Shown in pieces: positions 1 through 11,089 of a stretch of 63,171 bases of DNA. The notes beneath the pieces were generated by a model. It did no database searches. It was given only the letters and a program-made list of their open reading frames with translations, and was not told the DNA's origin. The stretch is from Basidiobolus meristosporus CBS 931.73 (taxonomy: Eukaryota > Fungi > Basidiobolomycota): assembly GCA_002104905.1 (NCBI GenBank), contig MCFE01000518.1:1-63171 (forward strand), read 5' to 3'. The first letter of the stretch is position 1, and each line of letters opens with the position of its first letter. The translations under genes were made by a program, and so were the position numbers.

Positions 1-573
1 GAGATGACATTGTACTAAAGCTTCCAAAGTCAAAACAACTGTAAACTCCACAAGCAGGGACTTGATAAGAGTGCAACTGTGGTCAATAGTTACAAAGACA
101 GAAATGTATCTTTGCCTGTACAAGAACAAACTTGGGAAAGAATCAAAAATGATAAAAGATACCTACTCTGAGTATTCCTCACAAGTAGTGCCTCCAAGGT
201 CAGTTGGCTGTCAGCACAGTTCCCTGGGAGTGTCCTATGGTCTGGGGTTGGAAGTTCAGATAGCAGCAGGCAGCAGTGATCACACTAATCAGCAAGTTGG
301 TATATTGATAAAAGGGATGATGATTTATTGTTGAGGGACTGCCTCCCTCATATACTTTTCTCACTGGCTAAGTGATTACTAATCATGGTGTTCCAGAAGG
401 TTCCAGATATTGATAGAAATCTGAGTGACATCAGAATGACCTAAGAATGTTCTAAGTTGGTACCAGAGGGTTCTAAGAGGTACAGCACATCTAACCAATC
501 AGGAATTAGTACTCTGGAACCTGTGTGACATAAGGATACCACTTATGGTATCAAAATGGTAGGGATGGTAACA
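1..573 (-). mobile_element. Diverged Gypsy 5' leader and probable LTR remnant, related to the elements at 3121-7252 and 11090-14573
   Basis: 1-190 aligns by eye with the Gypsy leader at 6490-6660 (attgtactaaagc..caactgtaaactccac..gtatctttgcct..gagtattcct). The LTR boundaries are uncertain. Confidence 0.45.
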
Positions 574-897
574 CGTACTGATCATGTGTTGCTGGTACTG
601 GTGTGGGTACTTGCCTAATACAAAAGCACTTACAGCTAGTAATCATACATGAAGTGAGGGATAACTTATGCAATAAGGTAAGCAGATGTGATAGTCAACC
701 AGCTTATGGGATAGTATTGATCAGGTAAGACAAACGGGATAAAACTAAAATAAGGGTAGCAGAGAAATAGGGAAGTAGAAAATATAGGAATGAGCACATC
801 TGTCAGTGGGTGTCACAGTGACCCCACCACAACAGGCTCCAAGTAATATTCATATGCATATGCAACAATACAAATGCAATGACTGGATGAACTGGAT

Positions 898-1368
898 ATG
901 TATTTATTCAAGTGGTGTCCTGAAGCCATTCCTACCAAGAGTACATTGGAAGCATTGGGAGTCATATGTGGGCATTGTAGGAATATTCATCAAGAATGGA
1001 TCATCAATGCAAACTTGACACATCTACAGCAGTTGTGTGGGGAGTTTGTGATGGGATCTGAGTGGCTATATTACAGACATAAAGCTGAATGTGTAGATCT
1101 CTGCCACTACTGTATCTATTCTCTACTCCATCTTGCATGGTGTGTGGAGAATATTGGGCCTAACTTCACCTTTTGGGAGTTTCCTATGGAGCAGATGTGT
1201 GGTGAGATAGGAAGTCAAGTCAAGTTGCAGGTACTACCATATCTCAATCTCATCAGGAATATTACCTTCAAGTCCATCATGGATGTGATGAGTTGGCACA
1301 TGGATGACAGCCAGAAAGAGTTGGAAAATACTGAGTACAAATGTGCACATGGAGAAACCTATGCCTAG
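898..1368 (+). pseudogene. CACTA/EnSpm-like transposase fragment
   Basis: The motif LLHLAWCVENIGPNFTFWEFPMEQMCG matches the H-x-GP-x-W-x-FP-x-ER-x-x-G pattern of fungal CACTA-type transposases. A second copy lies at about 17240-17560. Confidence 0.55.
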
Positions 1369-1684
1369 GGGACTAAGAAGCTAAGCAGCCCCAATGAGTG
1401 GGTAATCCATTAGGCAATGCAAAGTTGGATTGGGTGCATATATATATATATATGCTATGCAAGTATTGTCACAGCACCAATAAAATATTGTCAAGTTTTA
1501 TCCCTTTATATGGTTGTAAAATTAGCAAAACACCATTATGATCCTGTCATAAGATTGTTAGTAGGGTCACTAATTCCAAGCTGCTGTTATTATGATGGTC
1601 TCTAACCAGGATCTTGACAGCTGATCTGGATTGGATCCACCTGCAGGACCAAGTTATTTTTCATAGGGAAGGTGTGCTTCTGTT

Positions 1685-2033
1685 TGTTGTAAAAATTTGT
1701 ATTTCCACCTAAATATTCACCTAACTTAGTCACTTAGATCATTACCTTCAAATCCTAGAAAATACTGACCAAATTCCTTGTTGGGATTTACTTAGAATAC
1801 TTTTACCAAAATACCAGGTACCCAGAACATGAAAATTCTCAAAGTTGTCCAAATAGCCCCAAACTTTGCACACATGCTCTTGGGACCTTCCTAAACCTAT
1901 TTTACGTGTTTATAATGCTAAGACCAGGTAAAAGTATAAATAATACTTGTACATTGAATAAATCATTAAGTGAAAACCACATAATCTACTTGCCCTCCCA
2001 ATCACTTCCAATATCTCCAAGACTCTTACAACA
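1685..2033 (+). repeat. Copia LTR (349 bp)
   Basis: Termini TGTTGTAA...TTACAACA form a perfect 8-bp inverted repeat. The same sequence recurs at 10893, 16858, 38451, 42363 and 42987. Confidence 0.95.
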
Positions 2034-2046
2034 AGTTATGAGCCCC
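2034..2046 (+). promoter_or_regulatory. Primer-binding site of the half-tRNA-iMet type (copia/Ty5-like)
   Basis: AGTTATGAGCCCC lies directly after the LTR and resembles the GGTTATG(G/A)GCCC PBS of copia/Ty5. The reverse-strand copy has GGTTATGTGCTCC next to the LTR at 40642. Confidence 0.7.
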
Positions 2047-3120
2047 AAGCTGTCACTCTCTCCAATGTCTACTACTGCTATTACTGGAATTTTTCCCTTT
2101 GCTCAAAAGTTAGATGGATCTAACTGCTGTGTGTGGAAGGTGAAGATGAAGATGCTGCTAAAAGAAAGAGGCCTTTAGGATATTTTCATGAGAAAAGAAT
2201 GCCCTCCTAAAAGTGTGGGAGAGGAAGCCTTAAAGTACCAGAAGAAAGAACAAAGTGCCTTTCACTGCATTTGCCTTAATGTTAAGGACAAATTGCAAAT
2301 TCAATGCTCAAGAGCAAAAACGGCAAAGAATGCCTGGAAGGCATTAGACAACACCTACCGGTCATGTTCAGCTGCCAAGAAAATGTATCTGAGACAAAAA
2401 TTCTTTACTACATAGATGCAGCCTGGAGAAGAAATGAAAAATCTAATCAACAGAATTACCCTGCTCGTAGATGAGATGGAATCTGTGGGCGTACCAACTA
2501 CTGATGAGGATGTGATAGTTGCCATCCTGAATAGCCTGACAGACAAGTCTCAGGGCCTTGTATCAGCCCTAGAGTCCAGAACTGAAGATTTGACCTTAAA
2601 TTACATATATGGAAGGCTCCTGGATGAAGAATTAAGAAAATCAGGTGCCAATAAGAAGGAAGAAGAAAATACTTTAATAAGCAATGATAGCCAGCAAAGG
2701 AGGTACCCAAGACCCTACAAAGGCAAAAGCAACCTGTTTTGCAACTACTGCAAAAGGAAAGACACACATCAGACCAGTGTCTCAAAAAGAGAGATTATCA
2801 GCAAAAAAAGCCTGAATATGGAAATGCTGCAACAACTGAAGATAGACTATTTGTATCTGCACTAAATATGACCACAAACAAGGATTCTCAGACATGGTAT
2901 ATTGACTCTGGAGCTTCTTGACACTTTACATGCCAAAAAGAACTTTTTACCAAATATCAAGATATTCCAATTAAGAAGGTTTTGATGGGTGATGATAGAA
3001 CACTTGATGCAGTGGGAGAAGGAACTATCCAAGTAAGACTTAGAAGCAGTGAAGGAAGCTATACATTGACCTTTAAAGAAGTACTCTATGTACCAGAAAT
3101 AGCCAAGAGCCTACTCTCTG

Positions 3121-3586
3121 TGTTATGAATAGACACAAGGCAGGAGAGTAGAGCTAGGCAAGGCAGAACCAGGAAAGGACTAAGGTGTGGATCAACAAGG
3201 CAAGGCGGATTTCCAAGGCAAGGCTGTTTATTCAAGGCCTGTGTTTATCAGACTGAGGAATACTTAAGGGGGGATAGGACTATATATACTTTTTGGCTAT
3301 ACTGATGCCAAGAGATATTAGCTAATACTAATGGGGTTGTGGGGTAAGGCACAGCAATGGTGCTGGGGATAATGACATAGATGACACGGCACTGAGACAG
3401 GATGGGGAAATGGATTGGGTCACCTGATCATGTGACTAAGTCATGTGACCTAGTATTTCCATATACGGTACTGGACTATGAAAAATACAATGGAAACCTT
3501 CCATGGAATGTTCCATTGTGTAACAATGGTTTGGAATGGCCAGGAACTTTCTGGAAGGTGGTAGAAGGTTCCAGAAGGAATCTCTT
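3121..3586 (-). repeat. Gypsy copy 1 3' LTR, truncated on the internal side
   Basis: Near-identical to 6724-7189, with only a handful of substitutions. Fused to RT sequence at 3587. Confidence 0.9.
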
Positions 3587-4633
3587 GGAGTAGTTTGCTA
3601 TGAACCTGCAATAGAAGTTGGCAAATCCCAGGAAGGATTGTACTTCCTTGACTGAGCTTGGAGTTTTCCAAGATTGGACTGAGTCAACTTTCTTTGGGTC
3701 CATGCTTGTTCCCTCAGGGCTGATGAGATAACCAAGAAATTCCACTTCTCTCTGGTCAAATTCACACTTCTCTAGCTTGGCACAGAGACCGGCAGAGTCT
3801 AGTTTTCTCAATACTTTCTTGACATGTTTATCATGTTCATCTTGGCTCTTGGAGTATATGAGAATATCATCAAGGTAGATTACCACAAAATGGTCAAGGT
3901 ATTCACGGAATATGTCATTCATGAGGTGTTGAAACGCAGCAGGGGCATTGGTGAGGCCAAATGGCAATACTTTGTATTCAAAGTGGCCATATCTTGTGCA
4001 AAAGGCAGTTTTCCATTCATCACCGGGCTTGATTCTGACAAGATTGTAAGCTCCTCTCAAGTCAATCTTGGTGAAGACTTGGGCAGCAGATAGCTGATCC
4101 AACAGTGTGTTGATCAGGGGCAGGGGGTAGTGGTTCTTGACTGTGATCTTATTCAAAGCACGGTAGTCCACACACATTCTGAGTGTGCCATCCTTCTTCT
4201 TGACAAAGAGGATTGGGGCTCCAGCACGTGATTTGGAGTGCTGAATAAAACCCTTCTGGAGTTTTTCTTCAATATAACCATGGAGTTCTTTCAACTCCAG
4301 CTGGGAGGGGTTATATATTGGGCCAAATGGAGGGACTTTTCCATCTTCAAGGTCAATAGGGCAGCCATAAGGCCAACGGTCAGGGAGTAGTTCTGCTTTC
4401 TTCTTGTCAAAGACATGGGCAAACTCTTGGTACTTGGCTGGTATGTTTGCTGAGGGGGCTCCTTCAGCTGGCAAGGTATCTTGGGCTGTTGAACTGTTGG
4501 CAACAGTCTTTTCACGGTTATCAGGGTCTGGATATTTCATGAAGTTGACTTGGTGGGATCTGGTGAATGACAGGATCTTGGATTTCCAATCAATACTTGG
4601 ATTGTGGTAGCTCAGCCATGAGCTTCCAAGCAC
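3587..4633 (-). pseudogene. Gypsy reverse transcriptase, C-terminally truncated
   Basis: Motifs [56 protein letters not shown] and VVIYLDDILI. The ORF reads through into LTR sequence. Confidence 0.93.
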
Positions 4634-4689
4634 AATAGGATAGTGTGGTGAGTTGATGATGTTGAAGGCGATTCTTTCTTGGTGGGCAG

Positions 4690-5076
4690 TGTGGGTTATT
4701 ACTGACTGTACTTGGTGAGTGGGAGAGCTTGTAGGTCAAGTCAGTACCACTTGGTTCAGAATAGCTTCCGATAGAAGGTAGCAAGGTAATAAAGACTTCT
4801 GTTTATTTTGTCCAAATCCCGTTGTTCTTCCTGGTTCAATTGGGTAGATATATATATCACTTGGGGGGGCTTAGACAATAGACAATGTGTTATAAAATAG
4901 GGTTGTGAACACCTTCCTGTTATGGTAAGTGTTCTAACTAGATAAGGGCAGGGATAGGAGGGGAGGACGCATGGGGGAATCATAGGGAGGGTACTGGAGG
5001 ACTTTGGGTAGGACTCTGGAGGGAACTCTTGGGAGAACTCTTGGGCGAAGAGTGGGTACTACATTGAGTACTCACA
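4690..5076. mobile_element. Solo LTR of an unrelated family (387 bp), inserted in the Gypsy protease region
   Basis: TGTGGGT...ACTCACA termini; 5-bp TSD GGCAG at 4685-4689 and 5077-5081. Gypsy copy 2 has no insert at the equivalent site. Confidence 0.85.
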
Positions 5077-6723
5077 GGCAGTACTGGACAGCTGGAGTAA
5101 GCATGTCTCATGGGTAACGGCACCAGAGGATAGTGATCTTCCATCAATAACTTCTACTTGGACTGGACAGGATTTCAAGGTAACAGGGATAGAGTGCTTC
5201 TGGACAAAGGCTTGGTCAATGAAACAGGATGAAACACCAGAATCAATCAGGGCTAGGGCTGGGACAGGACTGGAGTCAGGGATCTGGATTTTGACAGGCA
5301 TTCTCAAGGACTGGATAAATTTTGTGGCATAGGAAGATTCTTGGATATGCTGGATTTTCATGGGTGGGTCCAGTTGCAAGCCTGTCAGTGCAACTGGACA
5401 TTGGAGTTTCCCAACAGATCTGAATCAGGTTGGTTACTGGAGGACTGCATCAGCTTGAAGCTGGACTTCTTGTTGGGGCAGGACTTGGCAAAGTGACCTG
5501 GTTGGCCACAGTATAGACAGAGGTTGGCTTGTTGACGTCTGGATTTTTCACTCTTTGATAGTTTCTTGTATTTGGCACTATCAATCTGCATAAGATCTTC
5601 TGGAGTGACTTGGGGAGCAGGAGGGGCTGGGACTGCAACAGGAATGTGTCTTTGACGGTTCTTTTGCTTCTTCTGGAATAGTCTGTTATCACACCGGATT
5701 GCTTGGTGCATAGCTTCAACCAATGTATCTGGATCTGGGAGTGTGAGTAGCAGATCACAAACTTCATCATTGAGGCCATCTTGGAATTGGCTAATCAAGG
5801 CTGCTTGACCCCAGGAGCTGAGGTCACTGGAGAGTTGTCAGAATTCTGAAGCATAGACTGATTCTGGTTTGTTCCCTTGCTTGAGGGTCTTGATCTTGTT
5901 GGCAGCAGTTCTGGCTTGGTCAAGGTTACCAAATGTTAGCTCCATTTCAGTCCGGAAAGCTTGGTAGTCTCTGAGGAGGGGAGAGTTGGTCTCCACTAAT
6001 GGGGAGAACCACTTGAGAGCTGTACCAGTAAGCAGGTTGGAGATGAAACCAACTTTGGCCTGGTCAGTAGGGTACCGGTTGGGCTGGAGTGCGAGATTGT
6101 TCTTAACCATGTTGATGAAGCCACGGAATTCATTCTGAGAGCCATTGAACTTGGTAGCAGGAGTATACTTGGGTTCTTGGTAGACTGGGACATGGCTAGT
6201 TTGCTGGACACTTTGGTTCTGGAACTGAGCAAGAGTGTTTCTGAGGTCTGCATGGTCTGGCTGCAGTTGGGTAAAGGCAGCCATAAGCTGGGCAAAGTTC
6301 AGCTCTAGGTTGGACATGGTAGCAAAGGAAGGCGGATGAACTTGCAAGGAATACTGGAATATACTTAACTAGATTGTGGGTTTGTAAAGCCACTAGTATG
6401 TCAAGAATACAACTATTGAGCCACAATCCCCAACTTAAATAAGTTAGCGTCACTTCAGAAGGTACTGGTTTCAACGTCCTTTGATAGAGTATTGTACTAA
6501 AGCCTCCAATACTGTAACAACTGTAAACTCCACCAGCAGGGTAATAAAGTGAATGCAGCTTTGACCAATAGTTTTACAAAGATAAAGTATCTTTGCCTTT
6601 ATAGTACAAGACTAGGGAAAGATGATGGGTGATACTTACGGTGAGTATTCCTTTTACAAGTTTTCTTCAAACTTTGGGCAGAAGGCAGGGATCCACAGGT
6701 AAGTCAGGGGAGTCTGATAAAAC

Positions 6724-7252
6724 TGTTATGAATAGACACAAGGCAGGAGAGTAGAGCTAGGCAAGGCAGAACCAGGAAAGGACTTAGGTGTGGATCAACA
6801 AGGCAAGGCGGATTTCCAAGGCAAGGCTGTTTATTCAAGACCTGTGTTTATCAGACTGAGGAATACTTAAGGGGGGATAGGACTATATATACTTTTTGGC
6901 TATACTGATGCCAAGAGATATTAGCTAATACTAATGGGGTTGTGGGGTGAGGCACAGCAATGGTGCTGGGGATAATGACATAGATGACACGGCACTGAGA
7001 CAGGATGGGGAAATGGATTGGGTCACCTGATCATGTGACTAAGTCATGTGACCTAGTATTTCCATATATGATACTGGACTATGAAAAATACAATGGAAAC
7101 CTTCCATGGAATGTTCCATTGTGTAACAATGGTTTGGAATGGCCAGGAACTTTCTGGAAGGTGGTAGAAGGTTCCAGAAGGAATCTCTTAGAAATTGAGC
7201 TAGGAAGCTGAAACTTGGCATGGGTGTTCATGGTTGTCATGTGATCATGACA
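6724..7252 (-). repeat. Gypsy copy 1 5' LTR (529 bp)
   Basis: TGTTATG...TGACA termini. TATA-like tract at 6884-6891. Homologous to 14046-14573. Confidence 0.92.
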
Positions 7253-9562
7253 CTCTGTAAGCAAGGCCACAGCAGAAGGACTCAGTTTCAGTTTTGACAA
7301 TTCTGGATGCAGGATCACTGATCAAAATGGTGCCCAGATTGCTTTGGGCATCAGAGATCAGGATCTATACAAGTTGACTTATATTCCATCATATCTGAAA
7401 GCCAATATAAATAACTTAAATGAAGAAGCACCAATGCTTTGGCACAGGAGATTTGGGCACATCAATTTTGATTATTTGCACCAAATGATCAAAGATCAGC
7501 TAATTTCTGGAGTGAGAATTGATCCCCCAGCTAATTTGGAGCACTGTGAAGCCTGCATATATTGGAAACAAGCTAGACAACTGTTCAAGAGCTCTGGGCT
7601 AATCAGTACTAAAAAAAATTAGATCTAATTCACTCAAATCTGTGGCAACCTATGCAAAATTTATCCTTAGGCAGCATGAGAGTATTTACTCACTTTTATT
7701 GATGATTATACAAGTTAAACATGGGTCTACTTCATGGAGAGAAAGGAGGAAGCTCTGTCTAAGTTCAGGAAGCTTAAAGCCATGGTGGAGAGAGAAACTG
7801 GTGAAAAAATCAAGAAAATATGCTCTGACAATGGTGGAGAATATACCTCAAAACTCTTCATCCACTTCTGCAAAATTCATGGGATAAAGCAAGAGACTAC
7901 TGTACTATACTCCCCACAGCAAAATGGAGTAGCAGAACATGCTAACAGATCAATAATTGATATGGCAAGATCTATGATCCATGATCAAAAATTATCCTAT
8001 GATTTTTGGGTGGACTCAGTTGCCACTGCTGTATACCTCAAAAATAGGAGTTATAACAGAATACTTTGTGATTCTATTCCATTTGAAGCATGATATGGAT
8101 ACAGACCAAGTGCAGAACATCTAAGAATATTTGGGTGTACAGCATATGCCAAAAAACTGGCCATAAATCAGGCAAAATTTGAGCCAAAAAGTGTAAAATG
8201 CATATTTTTGGGCTACTGTAATGAGAGTGAGGCATACAGACTCTACAATACCAAAGCAAAGAAGCTGGTCAAGTCCAGGGATGTGTTGCCTGATGAATAT
8301 TCAAAATTTTCACAAAAAATGAAATTAGATGATGCCAAAAATCTGATCTCAAGTCCACCAATTGACAGGATTGAATCACAGCAAAACAATGAAAATTTTT
8401 TCACTGCAGAAGACTCTACAGCTGTGGTTCAGCCAGAATCAGTGCCCAGGAATATTCAGAAGTGTTTATTACAGTGTCAAATGCCTGGAGATCCAATTGG
8501 ACAAGAAATAGCCCAAATTACTATATCAATGAGGGTACAAACTTAGCCTATGCCTATTCAGTCCATATTGGTGAGCCCCAGACCGTAAAAGAGGCCCTAA
8601 ATAGCCCTCAGACAAAGCTTTGGAGATCTGCAATGACTGAGGAATATCAGGCGTTGATGGAAAATCAAACTTGGGACTTGGTCAAATTACCAATCAACCA
8701 AAAATCTATTGGATGCAGATGGGTCTTCAAGACAAAATACAGGGCTGATGGTACAATTGAATGATACAAAGCAAGACTTGTCGCCAAAGGATACTCTCAA
8801 GCAAAAGAACTTGACTATACTGAGACCTTTGCACTGGTAGCAAAGTTTAATTCCATTAGATTAATATTGGCTATTGCAGCCAAATATAAGTTCTTTATTC
8901 ACCAAATGGATGTAAAAACTGCATTTTTGAGTGGAGAACTTGATGAGAATGTGTATATGGACCAGCCTGATGGGTTTGTTGACCAAGATAACCCCCATTT
9001 GGTCTGCAAGCTCAAAAAGTCACTATATGGTCTCAAACAATCACTGAGAGCCTGGAATTGCAAGATAGATTCTTACCTGAAATCTTTGAGTTTCAAAAGA
9101 AGTAATGCTGACTATAGTATATACTATAAGCCAGATAGAGCAAATCCAGTTCTATTAGCTCTATATGTGAATGATCTTATTATAGCTGCCAATAACCTAA
9201 AAACATTGGAAGAGACTAGATACAGTCTATCTAAGGAGTTCAAAATGTCCAATCTAGGAGAACTTAGTTACTACTTAGGGATTAAGTTCTCCATAGACCA
9301 AAGTACCCAGACTATCACCCTAAGCCAATCCAAGTATATTCAAGATATACTAAGGAAGTACCAAAAGGAAGACTGTAAACCGGCAGCTACACCAATGGAG
9401 ACAAACCTTAACTTGGTCAAAACTCAACCAAATTATGAGAGCTTGGTGCCATCTGAGATCCCTGACTTTCCTTATAAATCTATAGCCAGCAGTCTGAAGT
9501 ATGTCATGCTTGGAACACGTCCAGATATCTCATATTCAGTGGGAGTTGTCAGCCAACATAAT

Positions 9563-10296
9563 AGACTTGTTCTGTTGGATAGTGCCACATTGAGCCATAT
9601 GTGCCAAATGATGCCATAGTGTGCCAGGGAGGCCAAGTGAGCCTACACTTGGCCAAAGAGTGTGCAGCACAGCTCTGCATCTTCATGCAAAGCAGCCCCT
9701 GTGTTTCACTCATTGTGTTGGAGAAAATCCATTTTTTGACCTTATTTTTTTGGTAAATGGTGTACAGGATGTGCAAGTGCACAAAGGGATTGAAGATATG
9801 CATCTGGTACTCAATACCCATGGCACTCTGAATCTAGCTCCTGTGGCTTGTAACATGTCACAAAAATGCATGGCACTATCTTGGTCCACTGGTACTATCC
9901 GGCACTATATTTAAATATTAGCCCTAAAGTAAGATCAATACAAAGCACTTATAGTGCCGGATAGTACCAGTGGACCAAGATAGTGCCATGCATTTTTGTG
10001 ACATGTTACAAGCCACAGGAGCTAGATTCAGAGTGCCATGGGTATTGAGTACCAGATGTATATCTTCAATCCTTTAGTGCTCTTACACATCCTGCACAAT
10101 ATTGATCCACAAAAAAACATCAAAAAATGGATTTTCTCCTGCATCATAAGTGAAACATAGGGGCTGCTTTGCATGAAGATGCAGATCTATGTTTTGCAAT
10201 CTGTGGCCAAGTATAGGCTCACTTGCCCTCTCTGGCACTCTATGGCATCATTTGGCACTCATGGCTCAATGTGGCACTATCTAACAGAACAAGTCT
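9563..10296. mobile_element. Foldback/MITE-like element (734 bp): 347-bp inverted arms around a 40-bp spacer
   Basis: Termini AGACTTGTTCTG...CAGAACAAGTCT. Comparison with the empty site in Copia B (CATAATCAG) gives an apparent 3-bp TSD, AAT. Repeated GGCACTAT/ATAGTGCC sub-motifs. Confidence 0.9.
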
Positions 10297-10892
10297 AATC
10301 AGAACTATGGATCTGATCATATTGCTGCAGTTAAGCGGATTTTTAGATACCTAAAAGGAACTGCTGATATCTGCTTAAGACACACTTGTAAGGATTCAGA
10401 ACAGGACCTTATGGGATACTCTGATGCTGATTGGGGACAAAATTTAGAAGACAGAAGATCCAACACAGGATACACCTTTCTTTACTGTAAAGGAGCAATT
10501 TCATGGAATTCAAGAAAGCAACCAACTGTAGCACTTTCCACCACAGAGGCAGAGTATATGGTAACCTGTGAAGCTACAAAAGAAGCAATGTGGTTAAGAA
10601 AACCTTTTACAGATTTTGGCCAATATCAAAAAATGCCTATTACTTTATTTCAAGATAATCAAGGATGTATACAAATAGGTAGAAATCCCACTTCTCATGC
10701 TAGAACCAAGCACATAGATATTAGACATCATTTTATACATGCAACTATAGAGAATAACTTAGTTAGCTTAGTTTACTGTCCTACAGATGAAATGATTGCA
10801 GACATATTTACCAAACTATTAGCTAGAGACAAGTTTGAATATCATAGGTCAAAATAAGGACTAGTCAGTATGCACATTTAGCTGAGTGGGAG

Positions 10893-11089
10893 TGTTGTAT
10901 AAATTTGTAATTCCACCTAAATATTCCCCTAACTTAGCCGCTAAGATCATTACCTTCAAATCCTAGAGAATACTGACCAAATTTCTTGTTGGGATTTACT
11001 TACAATAATTTCACCAAAATACCAGGTACCCAGAACATGAAGAATCTCAAAGTTGTCCAAACAGCCCCAAGCTTTGCACACATGTTCTT
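10893..11089 (+). repeat. Copia LTR, 5' half only, fused to Gypsy RNase H sequence
   Basis: Follows the PPT, matches the LTR family up to CACATGTTCTT, then switches to Gypsy pol on the minus strand. Confidence 0.88.

Larger units (their letters stand above)
3121..7252 (-). mobile_element. Ty3/Gypsy (Tf/sushi-like) LTR retrotransposon, copy 1, internally deleted, inserted in Copia A
   Basis: TG...CA termini; 5-bp TSD CTCTG at 3116-3120 and 7253-7257. Carries gag (5385-6347), CCHC knuckle CLYCGQPGHFAKSC, protease (ALIDSG) and RT (LRMCVDYRALN, YLDD). RNase H and integrase are absent. Confidence 0.95.
2065..10857 (+). pseudogene. Copia gag-pol polyprotein, interrupted by stops, frameshifts, a Gypsy insertion and a MITE
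   Basis: ORF pieces 2188-2415, 2416-2865, 7344-7622, 7734-8093, 8462-8764, 8867-9619 and 10411-10857 carry the domains in Copia order PR-IN-RT-RH. Confidence 0.9.
1685..11089 (+). mobile_element. Ty1/Copia LTR retrotransposon (copy A), degenerate, carrying nested insertions; downstream LTR truncated
   Basis: LTR 1685-2033, PBS, gag (KLDGSNCCVWKVKMKMLL), CxxC knuckle, protease (WYIDSGAS), GAG-pre-integrase, integrase (CSDNGGEY, PQQNGVAE), RT ([10 protein letters not shown]), RNase H (YSDADW, TKHIDIRHHFI), PPT GAGTGGGAG at 10884-10892, partial LTR 10893-11089. Confidence 0.93.
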
